Below, in pieces: positions 1 to 8,280 of a stretch of DNA of 56,689 nt. The notes beneath the pieces were generated by a model. The model was not told the DNA's origin. It saw only the letters and a list, made by a program, of their open reading frames with translations, and made no database searches. Source of the stretch: an uncultured Pirellulales bacterium (lineage in GTDB: Bacteria > Planctomycetota > Phycisphaerae > Sedimentisphaerales > Anaerobacaceae); the NCBI GenBank assembly GCA_964554425.1, contig CAZKOQ010000001.1, forward strand, positions 1 through 56,689, given 5' to 3'. Each line of letters starts with the position of its first letter. Within the stretch, counting starts at the first letter, position 1. A program made the position numbers and the translations under genes.

Positions 1-65
1 ATCTTTCTTTCGATATTTCATCGACGCAACCGACTATACACTATTCACTAACGACAAGCGACTAA

Positions 66-794
66 TCAAAACCACGGTGATGAGGTTGCCCTTCGGATGT
101 GCAGCTCATCTATGACGGCGTTGCCTTTATGCGTAACAAGATAGACGACCAGCTCGGCGATTTCCGCCGGCTGGATAAGCTCGCTTTTTTTTATATCCGG
201 CCTGACCCTGCGAACCAGCTCGGTATCCACTCCGCCGGGGCAGAGCAAATGGACGCGGATGTTCGTGCCTTTAAGCTCCTCGGCTAACGATATTGTCATC
301 CCGCGGAGGGCATGTTTGGAGCCGGTATAGGCGCTTTGAAGTGGATAGCCCTTGACACCGACAACCGATGCGATGTTTATGATGTAACCTGCTTTCGCTT
401 TTTTTAACAGCGGTAACGCCTCTCTGCAAAGGATAAACGGCGCACGGGCGTTGACCTGAAAACATCGCTCCCAGTCCTCGGTCGCGGTCTCCTCCAGTTT
501 TGCTGAATGAGTAACGCCGGCATTATTGACAAGTATATCGAGTCGCCCAAATTTCCCGGCTGTTACTCTGATGAGATTCTTGATAGATTTCTCCTGGGTC
601 AGTTCGGTAACGACTATCTCGGCTTTTCCTCCCGCTTTTCTTACATTTTCGGCAGTCTGGTGCAGTTTGCCGATTGCGCGCGCAGCAAGAACAACCGTTG
701 CTCCCTCTTTAGCCAATGCGATACTAATAGCCCTGCCGATTCCCCTGCTGGCACCGGTTACTATCGCTATCTTCCCTGATAGGCGTTTTCTCAT
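66..794 (-). CDS. short-chain dehydrogenase/reductase (SDR) family oxidoreductase
   Basis: 242 aa. It has the TGASRGIG Rossmann motif, NNAG, and the catalytic Ser...YTGSK (YxxxK). Confidence 0.9.
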   Translation of the reverse strand: MRKRLSGKIAIVTGASRGIGRAISIALAKEGATVVLAARAIGKLHQTAENVRKAGGKAEIVVTELTQEKSIKNLIRVTAGKFGRLDILVNNAGVTHSAKLEETATEDWERCFQVNARAPFILCREALPLLKKAKAGYIINIASVVGVKGYPLQSAYTGSKHALRGMTISLAEELKGTNIRVHLLCPGGVDTELVRRVRPDIKKSELIQPAEIAELVVYLVTHKGNAVIDELHIRRATSSPWF

Positions 795-824
795 TTGAGG
801 AATCTCGGCGAAACCGGCACTCTT

Positions 825-1481
825 TTAGCGTCTGCGTGGGCGGCGCAGGTCCTCTTGTCCTGTTCCCTGCTGTGTGCCTGCAGGCGGGTATGCCTCAGTT
901 CCACTAACGCCTCCTGTGGCCGCCTGGCCTGTTTCCGGAGTTCCGTAACGTGTGCTGCGTCCACGAATAGTTCTGGGCTGCCTGAGAGTCCTGGCCTCTT
1001 CATCCATTTTTCTGACGAGCTTTACGGTTCGCTCCTGTCTGACCAACAGAAGACCATCAATGGCGGCAACCGTCTTAGTTGCTTTTTCCTCCGCGGCGAT
1101 TTTTCGTATAAGCTCAAGTTCAGCCCTTACATGCCTTTCCGTTGCTTTTGCCAGAGTGGTGCGGTTATCTGTCGTTCGCTGTAGCCACTCACGCATCTCG
1201 CCCTGGCTTTGCCTGTCTAAATCCAGCAGTGACTTGTCGAGTCCAGGGAAGGATTTGAGCTTGGCGCGAATTCTGTTGGGGTCAACCAGCAAATCCGACT
1301 CAGGGCCAAGTGGAGTGGCCACCGACTGGGGTAGAGGGGCTTGCTCATAGACGCTGTTATAATCAGTGGGGGGTGCATTCAGTGGCCGCAGACGCGAAAT
1401 CTGCGCCGTTGCAGCAAAAACAGCGATAAAGCATACAAAAGCAATCAGCACAACTGCGCTTAAGGTAACAGAGCGTTTCAT
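825..1481 (-). CDS. hypothetical signal-anchored protein
   Basis: The start is moved to the ATG at 1481 (MKRSVTLSAVVLIAFVCFIAVFA), which has a GGAGG 8 nt upstream. One N-terminal hydrophobic helix is followed by a charged, helical region and a Gly/Thr/Gln-rich tail. No family was recognised. Confidence 0.6.
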   Translation of the reverse strand: MKRSVTLSAVVLIAFVCFIAVFAATAQISRLRPLNAPPTDYNSVYEQAPLPQSVATPLGPESDLLVDPNRIRAKLKSFPGLDKSLLDLDRQSQGEMREWLQRTTDNRTTLAKATERHVRAELELIRKIAAEEKATKTVAAIDGLLLVRQERTVKLVRKMDEEARTLRQPRTIRGRSTRYGTPETGQAATGGVSGTEAYPPAGTQQGTGQEDLRRPRRR

Positions 1482-1609
1482 AAGATATCCTCCAAGAGAA
1501 ATTGGTATCGTTTGTTTTTCAAAAACTGGATTAACAGACACAAATCATTATACAAATTATTGATGGCACTGCACAAAAATTGTCTAAATCGACATCAGGT
1601 AGTTTGATT

Positions 1610-2560
1610 TTAGACCTGCTCCTCGCAGACTAAGCCAAGACGTTCCATTATGCCGTCAAACTCGTCCAGAGAGTAAAACTCGATGATAATCTCACCTCTT
1701 TGTCCTTTCTTATGTGTCTCAATCGTTACCCTCGTTCCAAGCTGGCTGCTTAGCTTACTCTCAAGGTCGAGGATGTGGGGCGGTTTCGAACGGGCGGTTG
1801 TCCTGGCCTGTCCTGATTCTGCCAGGGCTTTCTGCACTAATCTTTCAACCTCACGGACGCTGAGCCGGCCTGCCATTGCACGGTTTGCGAGCTTACGTCT
1901 GAGCTCATCAGTGGGCAAAGCAAGTATCGCACGAGCGTGACCGGCAGTTAGCTGACCCTCGGCCAGCATTTGCTTGACCTCTGGTGGTAAGTCCAGCAGT
2001 CGCAAGTAGTTAGCGATGACAGAGCGGTCTTCGCCAAGGTGTTCGGCGGCCTCGGCCTGAGTGAGAGCAAAAGTTGCAAGATAATTGTGATAGGCCATAG
2101 CTCGCTCGATGGGATTGAGGTCCGTTCGATGGATATTCTCAACCAATGCCCATTCGAGCATTTGCTCATCTGTTGCCTGGCGAACCAGAGCAGGTATGGT
2201 CGTCAGCGAAGCTCTCTGGGCGGCTCGGTATCGGCGCTCACCGGCGATAAGCTGGTATCCCGGCCCAGCCGGGCGGACTATTATTGGTTGGAGGACGCCG
2301 TTGGCCTTGATAGAGTCCGCCAGCTCATTGAGTTCCTGCTCATCCCAGACAGTTCTGGCTTGATAGGGGTTTGGCGATATTGAGTCGATAGTTATTTCTC
2401 GAAGTGAATTTTGTAACTCCTTATCTGGTGGGAAGTTAGAGACAATTATTGGGGCCGATGACGGCCTTTCGGCCTCTGTTGAGCCAGATATTATAGGACC
2501 AAATATTGCCTCAAGTCCCCTACCGAGATGCTTAGGTTTCTCCTTATTTACGATTGCCAT
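1610..2560 (-). CDS. parB: chromosome partitioning protein ParB (Spo0J-type)
   Basis: 316 aa. It has the N-terminal [10 protein letters not shown] box, the GERRYRAA arginine patch, an HTH ([23 protein letters not shown]) and a C-terminal dimerisation segment. Confidence 0.93.
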   Translation of the reverse strand: MAIVNKEKPKHLGRGLEAIFGPIISGSTEAERPSSAPIIVSNFPPDKELQNSLREITIDSISPNPYQARTVWDEQELNELADSIKANGVLQPIIVRPAGPGYQLIAGERRYRAAQRASLTTIPALVRQATDEQMLEWALVENIHRTDLNPIERAMAYHNYLATFALTQAEAAEHLGEDRSVIANYLRLLDLPPEVKQMLAEGQLTAGHARAILALPTDELRRKLANRAMAGRLSVREVERLVQKALAESGQARTTARSKPPHILDLESKLSSQLGTRVTIETHKKGQRGEIIIEFYSLDEFDGIMERLGLVCEEQV

Positions 2561-2708
2561 AGACCTGCTCCTTAATAATCTATACCTTTCGTTCCATCCT
2601 CTTGGCCCCCTTCCAAACGGCTGGTGGGAGCAACTTAGATATTATTTCGGAATTTAGGGTCGAAATTCTCCAGCTTTGTCAGGTGCAAAAATGGTTTTTT
2701 GAAAAAAA

Positions 2709-2724
2709 TGTTTCACGTGGAACA
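2709..2724. promoter_or_regulatory. parS: parS centromere site
   Basis: TGTTTCACGTGGAACA. Its reverse complement, TGTTCCACGTGAAACA, equals the canonical parS 16-mer TGTTNCACGTGAAACA. It lies 148 nt upstream of the parB start. Confidence 0.85.
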
Positions 2725-3063
2725 AGGGCACAAAGAGACATGGGAACGGAGGCGCGGGATGGTTTGAGCACTCGAACGACGGTGAACCTTTGTTGCGCTC
2801 CGGCAGAGAAATTGCGGTTTGACGGTGAGCTGGTCGGATGATTGGCGAGGGACAATGGACGAGACGCCAAGAATGTGTCTCAGTGGAAGATACTCATCAA
2901 CTCATTTACCCACAAACGCACGACGCAATACGCACAGTGCAATACGATGGGCGATAAACGATGGATGTAGCTCAGGCACTTATCTAAGCACCTACTGGTC
3001 TATTACATGCCAAATGATAGGTGTCATTTCTTCACTTCGTTCAGGACAACATCTGAATTCCGA

Positions 3064-3207
3064 CCCCGACTTGTCGGGGATAGACTTCATCCCAATTTGT
3101 GTATCGGGATGTATCTGGAACAAACTTGGGAGGTCGGGATGAGGAATCTCGCTTGCAAAGACCAGATGCCGCACCCCCGTTCTTGCTTTTGCAAGAAAGC
3201 ACGGGGG
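3064..3207. repeat. cluster of three inverted repeats (hairpins) in a non-coding tract
   Basis: 3064-3079: CCCCGA-cttg-TCGGGG. 3088-3111: CATCCC-n12-GGGATG. 3174-3207: CCCCCGT TCTTGC tttt GCAAGA aagc ACGGGGG. The motif TCGGG(G)AT starts at 3074, 3104 and 3134, an exact 30-nt spacing. Confidence 0.5.
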
Positions 3208-3320
3208 CTCAGCATGACAACCCATTATCATGTAACGCACAAATACGCATAAACATACGACGCGGTAAATGTGACGATGTGAGAAATAACGAGCGGCCAG
3301 ATGCCGGTCATAAAGCGAAA

Positions 3321-3336
3321 TGTTTCACGTGAAACA
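3321..3336. promoter_or_regulatory. parS: parS centromere site (perfect palindrome)
   Basis: TGTTTCACGTGAAACA is a perfect 16-bp palindrome that matches the parS consensus. Confidence 0.9.
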
Positions 3337-3646
3337 AATGACTATAACGAGGAGAATATTGTTGAGCACTGCGAAAAGAGGAATGTAAGGAAATTGCAAA
3401 GTGAAAGGACAAATTAATTCTTTTAGTTGGAAATGCACCAAACAATCCGCCTTCTTTTACAAAAACAAGTTGAGCTTTCTGTGTTATCAATAACTACCGC
3501 CAAGTCTGCGGTCTTTTCTTCGACACAACGATAGATTGGTATAAAGTTTTACCTGGAAAGTAGGTAAGAACAGAAGCGTGGTCATGCAAAGACGAGCGAG
3601 CCGAAGCAATGCAGCGGTTTCTTGCATCTTTCCGAACGTAGTCACA

Positions 3647-4606
3647 CTATGCTTTTATTGAGCCGGCGAAGTCCTCTACAAATTTGATGCACTTTGAGAC
3701 GTCTTCGACTAATTGAGGAGACAAATGCTCATACTCAATAGTCATTACTCCGCGGAACTTTTGTGCATACATCTCTTTCAACACAGCGGTATAGTTTGCC
3801 TTGCCTGTGCCGAGCGGCACATCGCGTGAATCACGTTTGCCCATTTCGGCAGCGTCTTTTAAGTGGAAGGTGATGATACGTCCTTTGAGCTTCTTGAGGC
3901 ACTCTACCGGGTCCAGACCTGAGCGGACCCAATGGCCGGTATCCGGGCAGGCGCCGATGCGTTTACTTCTGCCTTCACAGACCTTGATAACCGGCTCAGG
4001 AGACCAGTATTTGGATTGCGGCGATTCGGGGTGGTTGTGAATAGCCAGGTTTATCTTGTATTCCTGGCAAAGCTTGTCAATCTCACCAAACACCTCAGGC
4101 GGTGGCTCGGCAACGAGGGTTTGCACGCCCATTTCAGCGGCAAAGTCAAATATCTTGCGGAAAACAGCGGTATCAGCTTCGATAGGGGCGTAGTAATTGG
4201 GCATTTTTATCCCGCGGTCGGCTAATCTGCTCTTTAGCTCACGACGAAGCTCCGGCGAGAGTGATTCGCTCGTTTTTAAGTCCGGCTTTTCTTTGCTCAA
4301 AGGCAAAAAGTAACAGGGCTCTACGTTTCGAATCCCAAGCGAGGCAATTACATCCAGGGCTTCGTAAAAGCTGCGGTCACGCAACGTATAGAGCTGGCAG
4401 GCGAGGCGCCAGCCGATTTTTTCAGCACGGGGCGCAGCAAGTTTAATCTCTCGCTTCACCGCCGCTCGTTCGGTGGCCTTGTCCGGCATTCGCCTGGGGG
4501 GCGGTTGGGCACCAGCGGCTTCACCGGCCATAGCCAAAGCGACTCCCGTTCCAAACGAACCAGTCCTCACGAACAACTCACGACGATTGAATCTATCCGG
4601 CATCAT
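3647..4606 (-). CDS. Tat-signal sugar phosphate isomerase/epimerase (xylose isomerase-like TIM barrel)
   Basis: 319 aa. It has a twin-arginine leader (FNRRELFVRTG...AMAGEAAGA). TIM-barrel motifs are LAIHNHP, GACPDTGHW, FHLKD and TIEYEH. An AGGAGA lies upstream of the ATG. Confidence 0.88.
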   Translation of the reverse strand: MMPDRFNRRELFVRTGSFGTGVALAMAGEAAGAQPPPRRMPDKATERAAVKREIKLAAPRAEKIGWRLACQLYTLRDRSFYEALDVIASLGIRNVEPCYFLPLSKEKPDLKTSESLSPELRRELKSRLADRGIKMPNYYAPIEADTAVFRKIFDFAAEMGVQTLVAEPPPEVFGEIDKLCQEYKINLAIHNHPESPQSKYWSPEPVIKVCEGRSKRIGACPDTGHWVRSGLDPVECLKKLKGRIITFHLKDAAEMGKRDSRDVPLGTGKANYTAVLKEMYAQKFRGVMTIEYEHLSPQLVEDVSKCIKFVEDFAGSIKA

Positions 4607-4681
4607 AACAATTTCTCCTAAACAACACCCAAGATAGCGACAAAAACATCGGAACCTTCACGTAAAGGTGTTCCAAGCATA

Positions 4682-4709
4682 ATCTTACAGGATACGATAG
4701 GGATGTCAA
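4682..4709 (-). promoter_or_regulatory. candidate sigma70-type promoter for the TIM-barrel gene
   Basis: On the minus strand: TTGACA (4709-4704), a 16-nt spacer, then TAAGAT (4687-4682). The -10 element is weak. Confidence 0.3.
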
Positions 4710-4858
4710 TAAAATACAAGCTCAACTTCCCACAAGAGCACTGCGGAACTCCATCATTAAATTTTATGTGGTTGGAGATTGCTGAAAATAAAAAAATCCT
4801 GCTCCAAAAAGCGGCGCATAATCTGAATCAGTTACTATTGCGAATGTATAGCAACCGC

Positions 4859-6208
4859 TCATATTTCCTTCCAGGTGGCGGGAATGGGCACGGGGTAATT
4901 GCCTTTGTCATCGGCTTGCACCGGCGCCGGACTTTCATTGTTGAAAGATTCTACGCTTGGGCAAAACTTGAAATCGGAAGAGAGGGCCTGGTCCCAGGTA
5001 ATGATTTTTCCAGAGTGGACGGCGGCACGTCCTATAATGGCGGCAAGATTCGCAAACGCTGCCCGCTTGACCTCGTTGTGCGGCTTGTTCTGGCGGATTG
5101 CGGATAGCAACACATCCCACTCAACCTGATAGGGACTCTTCTTCTCCTCAGGCCGCCAGGCGATACTATCTTTGTCAATCCGCTGGTCCTTATAGATATG
5201 CACGGTCGGAGCGTGAACATTACCCGAGAACTGGGCGGCACATTTGGTTCCATTCACAAAGGTGGCGAAGTCGTTGTAGCAGTTCGGTATGGCACGGCTG
5301 TTGACGAGCGCCGTGGCGCCGTCGGCAAAGGTGTATTCGATAGCGTAAATGTGGAGGTTCTGGCTGCAATCGGGACTGTTCGGCTCACGTCCACCCATGC
5401 CGTGTGCCGAGACCGGCCAGCCGTCCTTAATCCAGCAGCACTCGTCAACCTGGTGAATCATCATTTCGATAAACCATCCTGATGAGGCCCACATAAAAAA
5501 GTATGGGCGTCGGAGCTGCCAGAGCAGCTCGTTCTGGTCGCGTTTGAATGGCTCCATACGGGCGCCGGGGTCCATCCGATAGGCACGAATAAGCTGGATG
5601 TTGCCGAGCGCGCCGTCACGAATCTTCTGGATTAACGCCTGCCGGGCAGAAGAATGACGGCACATAAGGCCGCAGGCGATTTTAAGGTTCTTTTTCTCCG
5701 CCGCCTCCCCAAGTCGGATTATCCGCTTGATGCCTCCGGGATCCGGCGCAAAAGATTTTTCCATAAAGACATTCACGCCCTTTTCAATAGCATACTCAAG
5801 GTGCATAGCCCGAAAAGCCGAGTGTGTGGCTTGAATCATAACATCTCCCGGACGCAGGCAGTCGATTGCCTTGCGATATGCGTCGAAACCAACGAAACGC
5901 CTGTCTGGCGGCACATCTATCCTTTCACCGAATTGCTCGCTGAGGGCTTTGTGCGACCTTGTCAGTCGGTCCTCGAAGACATCAGCCATAGCGATTAGCT
6001 TGGTGGGGCCGGTCTGTGAGGAAAGGGCGTCAACAACAGCGCCGCTGCCCCTTCCGCCGCACCCGACGAGGGCTATGTTTATGGTGTTGTTTTCTGCTGC
6101 GTAGATGCGGTCAGCGACAGCAGCCGTTACAGCCGAAGCAGCGACGAACCGTCCGGTGTTTTTCAAAAACTCACGACGGGATGCGTTTTTTCTCGTTCTT
6201 TCAGTCAT
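4859..6208 (-). CDS. Tat-signal Gfo/Idh/MocA family oxidoreductase (GH109-like architecture)
   Basis: The start is moved to the ATG at 6208 (MTERTRKNASRREFLKNTG), which has an AGGAGA upstream. It has a twin-arginine leader, a VGCGGRGSGA Rossmann motif and the EKP-type motif (MEKSFA). Confidence 0.9.
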   Translation of the reverse strand: MTERTRKNASRREFLKNTGRFVAASAVTAAVADRIYAAENNTINIALVGCGGRGSGAVVDALSSQTGPTKLIAMADVFEDRLTRSHKALSEQFGERIDVPPDRRFVGFDAYRKAIDCLRPGDVMIQATHSAFRAMHLEYAIEKGVNVFMEKSFAPDPGGIKRIIRLGEAAEKKNLKIACGLMCRHSSARQALIQKIRDGALGNIQLIRAYRMDPGARMEPFKRDQNELLWQLRRPYFFMWASSGWFIEMMIHQVDECCWIKDGWPVSAHGMGGREPNSPDCSQNLHIYAIEYTFADGATALVNSRAIPNCYNDFATFVNGTKCAAQFSGNVHAPTVHIYKDQRIDKDSIAWRPEEKKSPYQVEWDVLLSAIRQNKPHNEVKRAAFANLAAIIGRAAVHSGKIITWDQALSSDFKFCPSVESFNNESPAPVQADDKGNYPVPIPATWKEI

Positions 6209-6299
6209 AGCGGATATTCTCCTAATTGATTGGCGCCTACTTAAATGTGAAACTTTTATTGCTGTCAATTTCATATACTCCTGGCCTATGTAACAGGCA

Positions 6300-6327
6300 A
6301 TTATATTTACATTCCTGCACTTCACAA
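6300..6327 (-). promoter_or_regulatory. sigma70-type promoter, TTGTGA-N16-TATAAT
   Basis: On the minus strand: -35 TTGTGA (6327-6322), a 16-nt spacer, -10 TATAAT (6305-6300). It lies about 92 nt upstream of the ATG at 6208. The same architecture occurs at 39265-39292 and 42125-42152. Confidence 0.55.
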
Positions 6328-6375
6328 GCGCTTTCCCGGAGCAAAAAATGTTCTCCTCAGAAAACAGACAAATTC

Positions 6376-6404
6376 TTGGAGAAATTGCTGTCTGGAGGTA
6401 TAAT
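6376..6404 (+). promoter_or_regulatory. sigma70-type promoter, TTGGAG-N17-TATAAT
   Basis: -35 TTGGAG (6376-6381), a 17-nt spacer, -10 TATAAT (6399-6404). It is divergent from the 6300-6327 promoter and about 155 nt upstream of the 6559 start. Confidence 0.5.
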
Positions 6405-6558
6405 TATGGTGCAGCAGCGATAAAGGACGCAGATTTCATAGCTTGTCCGCCTATGACAGACTCTTGTAAGAGAACACGAATAGCAGAGGTAGCGTAGGAA
6501 GCAAAGCGGCAGCAGTCCGCCACCGGACGTCGGCGGGCAAGCATATCAGTGTGTATAT

Positions 6559-8235
6559 ATGGAACGTGTGTTCAAAAGGAAACTGAGAAAAGTTCGACTT
6601 CGATGCAGCGCAAATTTGCTGTTGAGACACACAGGGTGCATCTTGAGCATTGCCGGCGCTATCGCTGTGCTTGTGGTTTTAGCCGAGCGGCTCCTGGCCT
6701 TGAGCGTAATCACGCCATGGACTTTCTGGGTTTTTTGGGGTGTTGCAGCAGGCGCAATTATTCTGATTTGGCTGCTCAAACAGCCAAATAAAATGCAGGT
6801 GTCGCTATTGCTTGATGAGCGGCTTGGGCTGAAAGAACGCTTCAGCACCGTGCTGTCTCTATCCGGCTCTGGAGACCCATTTGCCGAGGCCGCGTGCGAT
6901 GAGGCGCGAGGGGCTGCCGAGCGTGCGGACCTACGGGGTCGTTTTCCTATCCGGCCTTGCAGGAGTTGGATTTATGCAGCCGGCGTATGGGTGACTGCGG
7001 CGGCGCTGGTTATATTTTTGCCACAGAAAGACCTCCTCGGATTTTTGAGGAAAGAGCAACAACAACAGCAACTCACTCAACAGGTTGAGCAGGCCAGGGT
7101 GGAGGTAAGGCAGGCCGCTGATTCGGTCAAGCTGGCAGTCAAGCAGCTCGGCGACGACCAGTTGACAGAGGCGCTGAGCAAAATTGAGCAGGCGCCGCCG
7201 GATGCCAATCCGGAAGACATAAAGCGTCAGGCAATCCGGACATTTGGCGACCTTTCCGAGCAGATTAAAAAGTTGCAGAGCGGCAGCCAGACAGAGGCGA
7301 TGAATCTAATGCAGCAGATGCTAAAGCAATTACCTGGCTCGGCTGATACGCTCTCGCAGACACTACGGCAGGCGCTGGCGAAGGGCGATTTTGCGCAGGC
7401 ATCGAGCATTCTTAATCAGTTGCAAAAGCAACTGGCACAGGGCGAGCTTTCCGACCAGCAGCGAAAGGCACAGGCAGAGCAATTGCAGGAGCTGGCAAAA
7501 CAGCTTCAAGAGCTGGCACAAAAGAACGATGCACTCCAGAAGGAGATGGAGAAACTCGGATTAGACAAGTCGCTTGCAAAGCTGAGCGATAAGCAACTAC
7601 GCGAGGCCCTGCAGAAGGTGGGGCTGGACGCCGGCAAGATTGAGGAACTGCTGGAGAAGGCCGCTGCTTGTCGGCTGGCAAGTGGCCGATGCGCTGCTCT
7701 GGGTAAGGCATTGGCCGGCGGCGCTGGAGCAAGCGGCTTATCAGCCGATGAGCTGGAGGCGGCAATCGAACAATTAGATGAGCTTGAGGCAATCAAGCAG
7801 CAATTGATGCTGGCACAAATGAGCATTGATGAAATCAGACGTGCAATCGCAGGTCTTGGAAAAGGGATGTGTGAAGGGCTGGGCGGCCAGGGACCTTTTA
7901 TGGAGGGGCTGTCCGATAGGTCAGGGCCTGGCTCAGGAGGACCCGGGATGGGCTACGGTGCAGTCGAGACGGCAAGTTCAGGGGAGACAACGACGCAGAA
8001 AACACGGGTGCTAAATAAGCCGGGCGAAGGCCCCGTCATTGCGAGCTGGTACTTCAAGGATTCGCAGGTGAAAGGCGAAGCGAGGCGAGATTTAACTGAG
8101 GTCATTGAGACCTCCCGCGATGGCGCGGCTGAGGCAATAAGTGAAAATCAAATCCCGCGCAAATACGAGGAAGCTATCAAAAAATACTTTGGTCAGCTTG
8201 AATCCGCCGCTCCGTCTTCGCGGGGCGGCAAGTGA
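6559..8235 (+). CDS. membrane-anchored coiled-coil protein
   Basis: 558 aa. It has N-terminal hydrophobic helices (ILSIAGAIAVLVVL; FWVFWGVAAGAIILIWLL; a later WIYAAGVWVTAAALVIFL). A long Gln/Leu/Lys/Glu-rich heptad-like region follows, including QQQQQ, then a Gly-rich segment. No family was assigned. Confidence 0.7.
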   Translation: MERVFKRKLRKVRLRCSANLLLRHTGCILSIAGAIAVLVVLAERLLALSVITPWTFWVFWGVAAGAIILIWLLKQPNKMQVSLLLDERLGLKERFSTVLSLSGSGDPFAEAACDEARGAAERADLRGRFPIRPCRSWIYAAGVWVTAAALVIFLPQKDLLGFLRKEQQQQQLTQQVEQARVEVRQAADSVKLAVKQLGDDQLTEALSKIEQAPPDANPEDIKRQAIRTFGDLSEQIKKLQSGSQTEAMNLMQQMLKQLPGSADTLSQTLRQALAKGDFAQASSILNQLQKQLAQGELSDQQRKAQAEQLQELAKQLQELAQKNDALQKEMEKLGLDKSLAKLSDKQLREALQKVGLDAGKIEELLEKAAACRLASGRCAALGKALAGGAGASGLSADELEAAIEQLDELEAIKQQLMLAQMSIDEIRRAIAGLGKGMCEGLGGQGPFMEGLSDRSGPGSGGPGMGYGAVETASSGETTTQKTRVLNKPGEGPVIASWYFKDSQVKGEARRDLTEVIETSRDGAAEAISENQIPRKYEEAIKKYFGQLESAAPSSRGGK

Positions 8236-8280
8236 GACAGAAATTGCCGCGGGGCGTTGGTCATTTGAGATGCTATTTAT

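Noticed and set aside
3074-3163. The 30-nt-spaced TCGGGAT motif as a small CRISPR array.
   Set aside because: Only 7-8 nt are repeated, there are only three copies, and there are no cas genes. The pattern does not fit CRISPR repeat/spacer architecture.
2561-3646. The gene-free tract next to parB as the chromosomal replication origin (oriC).
   Set aside because: I found no cluster of DnaA boxes (TTATCCACA/TGTGGATAA or one-mismatch variants), no dnaA or dnaN nearby, and only a modest AT-rich stretch. The ribosomal-protein run on the minus strand at 43-57 kb would be head-on to a fork leaving this site. That arrangement is atypical, so the origin more likely lies beyond the right edge of the window.
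4641-4674. A hairpin (minus strand GGAACACCTT-tacgtg-AAGGTTCC) followed by gatgTTTTT, considered as the terminator of the 4859-6208 gene.
   Set aside because: The stem has a 2-nt bulge and the U-run is separated from it by 4 nt. It also lies downstream of the candidate TTGACA promoter at 4682-4709. It could equally be a 5' stem-loop or attenuator of the TIM-barrel mRNA, so it is too ambiguous to call.
6209-6325. N-terminal extensions offered by the ORF track. Affected coordinates are 6325, 37771, 34247 (TTG), 1541, 45558, 46020, 50218, 52384, 53726, 53982 (TTG) and 54191 (TTG).
   Set aside because: Internal ATG codons have a good SD and give N-termini collinear with known family starts (Tat leaders, signal peptides, ribosomal-protein N-termini). 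The 6325 extension would also run through the mapped promoter.
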